A stretch of 15,670 bases of DNA from Polyangiales bacterium. Its GTDB lineage: Bacteria > Myxococcota_A > Polyangia > Polyangiales > Houyiibacteriaceae. Of the stretch, positions 1-6,053 are shown piece after piece (the first letter of the stretch is position 1; each line of letters starts with the position of its first letter). The position numbers and the translations under genes were made by a program. The DNA is taken from contig JBGCFM010000128.1 of assembly GCA_045106895.1 (NCBI GenBank), positions 1 to 15,670 on the forward strand. Reading direction: 5' to 3'. The notes beneath the pieces are model-generated. The model did not search any database and was not told the origin of the DNA. It saw only the letters and a program-made list of their open reading frames with translations.

Positions 1-1
1 C

Positions 2-1960
2 GGCGGCAAGGCCGACATCGACGGCGAGCGCGGACCGCGCGTTCAGCCCTTCGCTCCCAGCGAAGTTTGGAACGTGACGCGTGACTGGTCCGATGTGGAC
101 CGCGAAGCCGGCGTCGCCTGGGACGAAGGTTCCGGACTCGACTGGGAAGCCAAGTTCGACGCCTGGGTTGGACAGATGGAGCCCATCGAGCACTCGTCGG
201 GTTACGGTCAGACGTTCCGAATCAAGACGCCCTTCGGCGACCGTGAGCTCGACTCGCCTACTCTCGAATGTGCTGAGGTCGCCATTCTCCTGCGTCTGAC
301 TTTTGCCAGCTGGTACAACCTCCCGTTCTTCTTGCAGGGCTGGGATTCCGCGGGCCGGCAGAGCCTCTTCGCGGGTCACTTTGGCTTCATCAACAAGGAC
401 GGCGCCATTGTCGGCCGCTTCCCAGCGTTCCGCTCGAACTACCGCGACTACACGGACAGCTGGAACGAAGGCGACGCTTGGCCCACGGACTCGCGTCTTC
501 GCGGATACCGCCTCGGCGACGACGACGGCGTTGAGTTCCTCTCCACGGACGGAAACGAAGTGGGCGCCGGCGCTTACTTCGATGAGCTCTTCCTCAACAA
601 GCGCGTCGGTTACTTCGCGCGTCTGATCCTGCTCTACTACGGCAGCGTCAACCTCGTCGACGAAGCCAACATGTTCCACATCGAACCCGCGGAAACCCGC
701 GCCGGCGATGTTCTCCTCAAGCGCTGGCAGCACATTGGCATTGGCCACGTGATTCCGGTCATGCACCACGAGATTCCTGCGCCAGGCCGCCTCGAACTTT
801 CCGTCGCCAGCGGCTCCATGCCACGACGCCAGCCCAGCTGGGAAAATCCAGCCAGCGCGAAGAACTCCTTCACCAACAACTACACTGGCGGCGTTGGCGA
901 GAGCAGCGACGGTCGCTCCTACGCGTCTCTCGGTGGCGGCATTCGACGATGGCGTAGCGCTGTTCTGCGGAGCGGCCGCTGGCGAAACATCGTGCCCGAG
1001 ACCGATGAGTCCATCTACATCAGCAACACGGACCACGACACCATCGCCGCCCGTCCCGAGCAGTTTGAATCCATTCTTGCCGACGTGACTCCCGAGGAGC
1101 AGCTCGCAGTAGCTCTGGAGCAGGTCGCCGCCGCACGCCGTCATCTTCGCACTTACCCCGCCAGCTGCGCTGCGCGAACGCGACGTGAAGACGCCTTCAA
1201 CCGCGTCTACCAGCTCGCTTCGGAGATTCACGGTTACAGCCGCGTCCGCAGCAACGCCGAGTACCGGCGCACCGAGGACTACGTCTTCAGTGAGCTCGAA
1301 TACGATGTCTCCCGCACATGTTGCTGGAACCGAAGCACCGCTGGCATGGCCGAGATCATCCTCGACTACGCTCGCATCGAGCTTGAGACCGCCGAAGACA
1401 TGGGCATGTGTCTGGCTCCTACGGTGTTCCGCGCAGAGATCGACGGATACGCACGATGGCAGGCGCACGCCGCATCGATGGGCCGCGCCGGCGAGTGGAA
1501 CGCTTGGAGCGAAGACGAGTCATGCTCCCAGCGTGACGTCGCCGAAGACACCATCGCCGAGAGCGAAGCTCGTGACCTCTTCTGCGAGTCCGGTCCCGTC
1601 GACCCCGTTGACCCCGTCGACCCCGTTGACCCCGTCGACCCACTTCCGGGCGACGCTTGTGACGTGTTCGGCCAAGACGACAGCGTTGAGACCGCCTACG
1701 CCATCAACCAGACCCTGCGCGGCACCATCTGCGCCGACGACTCCGACTACTACCTCGTCGAAGGTGGCGGCGAGGTTGTCGTTACGTTCACGCACGCCGA
1801 TGGCGACATCGACGTGACGGCGCTGACCGTCGACGGGACTCAGCTCAGCAGCAGCACGAGCACCGACGACGAAGAGTTCGTTTCCCATGACTCCACCTTC
1901 GTCGTCCAGGTCTACGGCTACTCCGGAGCCGAGAACGACTACACCATCGAAGTCCGCTAA
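2..1960 (+). CDS. Secreted/lipoprotein-type protein, 5'-truncated by the window edge: putative papain-like (Cys-His) N-terminal domain, Cys-rich middle, PVD linker, C-terminal PPC (pre-peptidase C-terminal)-like domain
   Basis: The frame is open from position 2 (GGKADIDGERGPRVQPF...), upstream of the GTG at 74, so the true start lies outside the window. A GKAD motif typically follows myxobacterial lipoprotein signal regions. Contains ECAE...AGDVLL...GHV. The C-terminus (DSDYY...VTFTHADGDIDV...STSTDDEE...VQVYGYSGAENDYTIEV) is PPC-like. Stop TAA at 1958-1960. Confidence 0.8.
   Translation, partial: GGKADIDGERGPRVQPFAPSEVWNVTRDWSDVDREAGVAWDEGSGLDWEAKFDAWVGQMEPIEHSSGYGQTFRIKTPFGDRELDSPTLECAEVAILLRLTFASWYNLPFFLQGWDSAGRQSLFAGHFGFINKDGAIVGRFPAFRSNYRDYTDSWNEGDAWPTDSRLRGYRLGDDDGVEFLSTDGNEVGAGAYFDELFLNKRVGYFARLILLYYGSVNLVDEANMFHIEPAETRAGDVLLKRWQHIGIGHVIPVMHHEIPAPGRLELSVASGSMPRRQPSWENPASAKNSFTNNYTGGVGESSDGRSYASLGGGIRRWRSAVLRSGRWRNIVPETDESIYISNTDHDTIAARPEQFESILADVTPEEQLAVALEQVAAARRHLRTYPASCAARTRREDAFNRVYQLASEIHGYSRVRSNAEYRRTEDYVFSELEYDVSRTCCWNRSTAGMAEIILDYARIELETAEDMGMCLAPTVFRAEIDGYARWQAHAASMGRAGEWNAWSEDESCSQRDVAEDTIAESEARDLFCESGPVDPVDPVDPVDPVDPLPGDACDVFGQDDSVETAYAINQTLRGTICADDSDYYLVEGGGEVVVTFTHADGDIDVTALTVDGTQLSSSTSTDDEEFVSHDSTFVVQVYGYSGAENDYTIEVR
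1595..1639 (+). repeat. Coding tandem repeat, 5 x 9 bp (cccgtcgac/cccgttgac alternating), encoding a (PVD)5 linker
   Basis: Read directly: cccgtcgac cccgttgac cccgtcgac cccgttgac cccgtcgac. Confidence 0.95.
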
Positions 1961-1990
1961 GCGCGGCTCCTCGCACCTTTGAGAATCAGA

Positions 1991-2023
1991 AGGAGGCCCG
2001 GTCGCTACGACCGGGTCTTTTCT
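1991..2023 (+). terminator. Rho-independent terminator after the first gene
   Basis: Hairpin aggaggcccggtcg-cta-cgaccgggtcttt followed by a T-rich tail (cttttct), about 30 nt after the stop codon. Confidence 0.8.
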
Positions 2024-2141
2024 ATTGGGGGCGACGGCGACTTGAGGCGGCATCTACTTCGATTCGATGAGTTCGGAGTGCTTCGTGCGCCGGACGTCTC
2101 TTGTTCTTCCACCGCCAAGACGATATTTCTGCAGAGGGGAA

Positions 2142-4673
2142 ATGTTGGACAAGCGCAAAGCACTGCGATTTGCGGCGGCGGAGATCCGCGCAGAGGAGCT
2201 GCGAGAAGAGGGCGTCGTCCTGTGGGCGAAGGAGGCGAAGGCGTCCTCCGAGTACAGCGCTAGCTATGGCGCAGAGTGGGCCTGCGGTGCACCCCGGGTC
2301 TTCCCAAAGGGCGGTGACGAAGACAGGACGTGGCTCGCGGAGAGCAGCGACGACGCGCCCTGGCTTGAAGTCACCTTCGAAGCTGCAACGGGCGCCAACG
2401 CCCTCGTGATCTGCGAGACCTGCGGCGCCGGCGCGGCGTATGAAGTCCGTGACGTCGATTCAGACGAGGTGCTCTACTCTGCAGAGCCCGTGGCTTTTGC
2501 CGACTCACGCCGCCCGCACCTTCTCTATGTCCCCCTTGAGGTCACGCCGCGTCGCGTGCGCATCTCGGTGGCGCCGCGCGATTTCGAGAGCGAGTACAAA
2601 GAGATCGACGCCGTCGGTCTTGTGGTCGGAAGTCTCCCCTCCGTGGAGGCGTTGGCGGAAGACACCCGAAAGTTCACGCATCGTCGCTACAAAGCGAAAC
2701 GAGAGCCGTTTCATAGCCTCAAGAAGGATCGACGGCTTATCTTCGCGACGCACGCCGGCGCGTCGGGGGAATACTCGTCGAGCTACAGCGCGAAGAAGGC
2801 GACGGGTCGGCCGAAGGTGTATCCAAAGGGCGGCGACTATTCAAACACCTGGGTCGCCGAGCAGAACGATGAGCCAGCCTGGATTACTCTGAACTTCAAG
2901 GTGCCACAGAATGAGCTCGTGTATGCCGTGGCCGTCTTCGAGACCTGCGGCGCAGGCGCGACGACGCGCATTGAGGACGACGAGGACCGTGTGCTTTGGC
3001 GAGGTCGGCCCGAGCCTGTGCCGAGACATCAAGCTCGGCTCCTCGTCGCGGATATCGGGCCGCGCTGGCTAAACCAGATCACGCTTTTCCAGTCGCCGGC
3101 GGATGACTACCGACAGATCGACGCCGTCGCCCTCGTCACGGCGCCGATGGAGGAGATGAGCGAGCCGCCACCCCCACCAGGCACGCCGAGAGGCGGCTGG
3201 ACGCGTGTCGAAGGCACGTTGGACGTGGAGCTGGCTCACGTCACGACGTGTGGCTTTGACGCGGCCCGCGCTGTGAATACAGGCGGACCCGCGACGCTGA
3301 CGACCTCCGCGGGCGAACGCGTGTCGCTTCAACTGGATGAAGCGACGTTCTACGGCGCGCTTCCGTCGAAGCTCGAAGGGCGCGTGGCCGAGCTGAAGCG
3401 CGACGCGAGTCTGGCGCCGGCGCTCGAAGGTTTCAAAGACAGCGACGACGTCGTCGTTCGGCGCCGTGTTTTTGAAGCCTCCTCCCAAGTGGTCGTATTG
3501 GGAACGCCCACGAACACGTCGGGCCGGGGTGGCGGGTTTCGCGACGCCGACCGCGTCAGCGGCGCGCTTGAGGTGAGCGCGATGGCACCCCCGGAGCAGT
3601 CGTCGCTTTTGGAGGAGCACCATCCGAAGAGCTTCAAGGCCGAGGCGAAACGTCTGCAGAAGCCAACGCCGCATCCGCACCTTCGCCACGTCAAACGACG
3701 AGTTGCCATCGGGATCACGCTTGCGCTGGGCGCGTTGGGTGCGTGGCATGAGCTCTTTCCGAATGTGGCCTGCGCGCTAGGTTCCATCGCAGCGTACCTG
3801 TGGATCAACGCCTTCGACAGCGCCTGGCGGATGCGCGCTATTCCCTTCTTCCAACAGTCGGTGACGCAGAACGACATGGGCCGCCGCACCTTCTGGGGGC
3901 GTTGGACCGAGGCGTCGCTTCTCGGCACATCCGGCGCCGTGTTCACCGCCGTCACCCTCGCCCTCGGGCTCTTCGTCGTGGTGCCAGTGTCTGCTGCGTC
4001 CATCTCCGCGGAGGATACGGTGGAAGCGCTGCATGTCGGAAAAGGCTCACTCGCGGCTCTCGGACTCTTCGCGTCGATGCTCCTCTTGCTTTGGCTGTGG
4101 CGTGACTTTCGGACGATGCGCAAGGCATGTCGCGTGCTCATGCGGCCAAAATGGAAGGGCGGAACGACGACGCAGCCTGTTCGTGTCACCGGAAGGCTGC
4201 GTGGCGAGTACACACGCTCTGAGCGTTTCGACTTCAAGTCGAAGCACGTCGGCACCTATAGCGAGACCCTTGAGAATGGAAACACGGTCCAGCGTGACCA
4301 ATACGAGAACTGGACCGAAAGACACACGGCGGCGATTGGCCCCAAGCAAATCCAGCTGTGTTTACCCGATGAGAGAGTCCTCGAGGCACCCGGGCGTCAG
4401 ACCGCGACGACGGACCTCGGGCTGAAGCCCGTCAAGACGCACGACAAGTCGAACCTCGTGTCTCTGACGAGCGAACACAAGGAAGGCGACGAGGCAACGC
4501 TCGTCGGCGTTGTCGTCGACGAGGGTGGCACACTGAAAATCGAGTCAAAAGAGCAACGAGTTCTTGTCCTCGGTACTCTCGGCGAGCTTCGTCGGCGCAT
4601 CGCACTTCAGCTCGTTTTTGTTGCGACGCTGATTCTGACGGTAGTGGCGGCCTTACTTACTGTGTTGCGATAG
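2142..4673 (+). CDS. Multi-pass membrane protein with two tandem N-terminal FBXL4-N/discoidin (galactose-binding-like) domains and two putative GIDE-like beta domains
   Basis: The ATG at 2142 is preceded by gagggga (SD-like), so it is preferred over 2067. Internal repeat: ASSEYS..YGAEWACGAPRVFPKGGD..TW...WLEVTF...ETCGAGA...EIDAVGLV versus ASGEYSSSYSAKKATGRPKVYPKGGD..TW...WITLNF...ETCGAGA...QIDAVALV. About 5 hydrophobic segments lie in the C-terminal half. Confidence 0.75.
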   Translation: MLDKRKALRFAAAEIRAEELREEGVVLWAKEAKASSEYSASYGAEWACGAPRVFPKGGDEDRTWLAESSDDAPWLEVTFEAATGANALVICETCGAGAAYEVRDVDSDEVLYSAEPVAFADSRRPHLLYVPLEVTPRRVRISVAPRDFESEYKEIDAVGLVVGSLPSVEALAEDTRKFTHRRYKAKREPFHSLKKDRRLIFATHAGASGEYSSSYSAKKATGRPKVYPKGGDYSNTWVAEQNDEPAWITLNFKVPQNELVYAVAVFETCGAGATTRIEDDEDRVLWRGRPEPVPRHQARLLVADIGPRWLNQITLFQSPADDYRQIDAVALVTAPMEEMSEPPPPPGTPRGGWTRVEGTLDVELAHVTTCGFDAARAVNTGGPATLTTSAGERVSLQLDEATFYGALPSKLEGRVAELKRDASLAPALEGFKDSDDVVVRRRVFEASSQVVVLGTPTNTSGRGGGFRDADRVSGALEVSAMAPPEQSSLLEEHHPKSFKAEAKRLQKPTPHPHLRHVKRRVAIGITLALGALGAWHELFPNVACALGSIAAYLWINAFDSAWRMRAIPFFQQSVTQNDMGRRTFWGRWTEASLLGTSGAVFTAVTLALGLFVVVPVSAASISAEDTVEALHVGKGSLAALGLFASMLLLLWLWRDFRTMRKACRVLMRPKWKGGTTTQPVRVTGRLRGEYTRSERFDFKSKHVGTYSETLENGNTVQRDQYENWTERHTAAIGPKQIQLCLPDERVLEAPGRQTATTDLGLKPVKTHDKSNLVSLTSEHKEGDEATLVGVVVDEGGTLKIESKEQRVLVLGTLGELRRRIALQLVFVATLILTVVAALLTVLR

Positions 4674-4683
4674 CGCTCGGCCA

Positions 4684-4705
4684 GCCCGCTAGGGGCCTAG
4701 CGAGC
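4684..4705 (+). terminator. Stem-loop just after the stop at 4673 (possible weak terminator or processing hairpin)
   Basis: gcccgctagg-gg-cctagcgagc inverted repeat; only a weak U-tract (tcctt) follows. Confidence 0.35.
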
Positions 4706-4770
4706 TCCTTGGATATGGCTTTTCGGCTGGTTGGTTCAGCAGGCAATGGCCACGCCGTTTAGAGAGATGC

Positions 4771-5928
4771 ATGAGCACATTTGCGACGCGTGGCGGAGTA
4801 GGGGGCGCTAAAGCGTTGGCGGCTGCGATTGGCGAAGCGTGCGAGGACGTGGTGAATCCCTGTGTGGCGATCGTGTATTGCTCACCGGATATTGATTCCA
4901 AGGACCTGCAACAGGCAGCTTCGCTCTTTCCGTTTCCTGTGGCCCTTTGCACCACAGCCGGTCAGTTCACGCAAGATGGACGTTTCGACGAGGGGTTTGT
5001 TGTTGCGGTGCTGGGCGGAACTAGGGTGCAACCTGCCATCGTTAGAGACACCCGGACCAATACCGCCGAAGCAAGTCAGGCCCTCGCTGGAGGCTTTCGA
5101 CGAGGCAGCGAAGAAGCGCGCCGGGATGGCCACGCTCATTCCGCAACCATCCTTCTCGCAGATGGACTTGCAAACACCGGAGAACAAATCGTCGACGCAC
5201 TCCGCAAGGCCACATCTCCGCATCAGATCATCGTGGGTGGTGCAGCCGGCGACAACGGTGCCTTCGTCAGTACGCGCGTTGGCCTCGACGAACGGGTCAC
5301 GGACACCGGAGCGGTCGCGCTTCATATGTTTGGCGGGTCGCGTTGGGGCGTCGGTCTGGGCCACGGACTACGTTCGGCGTCCGAACGTAAAACGGTGACC
5401 CGTGCAGAGGGAGCCCTCATTCATGAAATCGATGGACGACCCGCCTTCGAAGCCTACCGCGATTTCGCGGCATCGCGGGGCGAGGCGATCACTCCCAGTA
5501 GTGTCGGCACATTCATGATTCGTCACGAACTCGGCGTCTACTTTTTCGATGAAATTCGTTTCGCCCGCGCTCCGCTCAAGGTTCTGGATAGCGGCACCTT
5601 GGTTTGTGCCGCTGGCATTGAGGAAGGTTCGTCCATCTGCATCTTGGACGGCGATGCCGATTCGATGGTCGCCGCCGCGACAGCTGCTGCTAGGGAGGCG
5701 AAGAAGAACCTTCGTGGTCAAAGAGCAGCCGGACTATTGGTCTTTGACTGTGTCTGCAGAGGTCTCATTCTGGGCGACGACTTTCAGCGTGAAATCGACG
5801 CCATCGCCCGTGAGTTTCCAGGCGTGCCGCTCGCGGGGTTCCTCACCTATGGCGAGATTGCCCGCTACGGCGGCAAACTTCAAGGCTGGCACAACTCCGC
5901 CGCCGTGGTCGTCGCCATCCCTGCGTAG
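4771..5928 (+). CDS. FIST N/C-domain signal transduction protein (stand-alone)
   Basis: Characteristic FIST motifs: CTTAGQF, LADGL, IVGGAAGD, GHGL...VTRAEG..IHEIDGRPA...Y, FDCVCR, PLAGFLTYGEI, HN. Confidence 0.9.
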   Translation: MSTFATRGGVGGAKALAAAIGEACEDVVNPCVAIVYCSPDIDSKDLQQAASLFPFPVALCTTAGQFTQDGRFDEGFVVAVLGGTRVQPAIVRDTRTNTAEASQALAGGFRRGSEEARRDGHAHSATILLADGLANTGEQIVDALRKATSPHQIIVGGAAGDNGAFVSTRVGLDERVTDTGAVALHMFGGSRWGVGLGHGLRSASERKTVTRAEGALIHEIDGRPAFEAYRDFAASRGEAITPSSVGTFMIRHELGVYFFDEIRFARAPLKVLDSGTLVCAAGIEEGSSICILDGDADSMVAAATAAAREAKKNLRGQRAAGLLVFDCVCRGLILGDDFQREIDAIAREFPGVPLAGFLTYGEIARYGGKLQGWHNSAAVVVAIPA

Positions 5929-6053
5929 AACTCGAGGTTCGATTGTCTTCGGATGCGTAGCGGCGAAGTGTCCATCGCTTTTGCGCGCGCGGCACGTGAC
6001 GGGCTGCTTGTTCGTCGTTCTGGTGGAGTAAGGGTTCATGTTAGCTTCGCCGC

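Noticed and set aside
1595..1639. Short repeats as a possible CRISPR or iteron array
   Set aside because: The 9-bp units are contiguous, have no spacers and lie in frame within a CDS as a Pro-rich linker.
2033..2083. DGDLRRHLLRFDEFGVL in an intergenic + frame, reminiscent of the RHS 'YDEFG' motif
   Set aside because: Only a 4-5 residue match with none of the downstream core motifs, so it is compatible with chance.
2067..2141. Upstream start of the 868-aa ORF
   Set aside because: The extension looks non-coding and has no RBS. ATG 2142 has an SD-like gagggga.
3350..4255. 301-aa - strand ORF and other Arg/Ser/Pro-rich alternative-frame ORFs
   Set aside because: They overlap better-supported genes, and their composition is typical of off-frame translation of GC-rich DNA.
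4747..4762. tggccacgccgtttag as a possible sigma54 promoter upstream of the FIST gene
   Set aside because: It lacks the conserved -12 GC at the required spacing and lies too close to the start codon.
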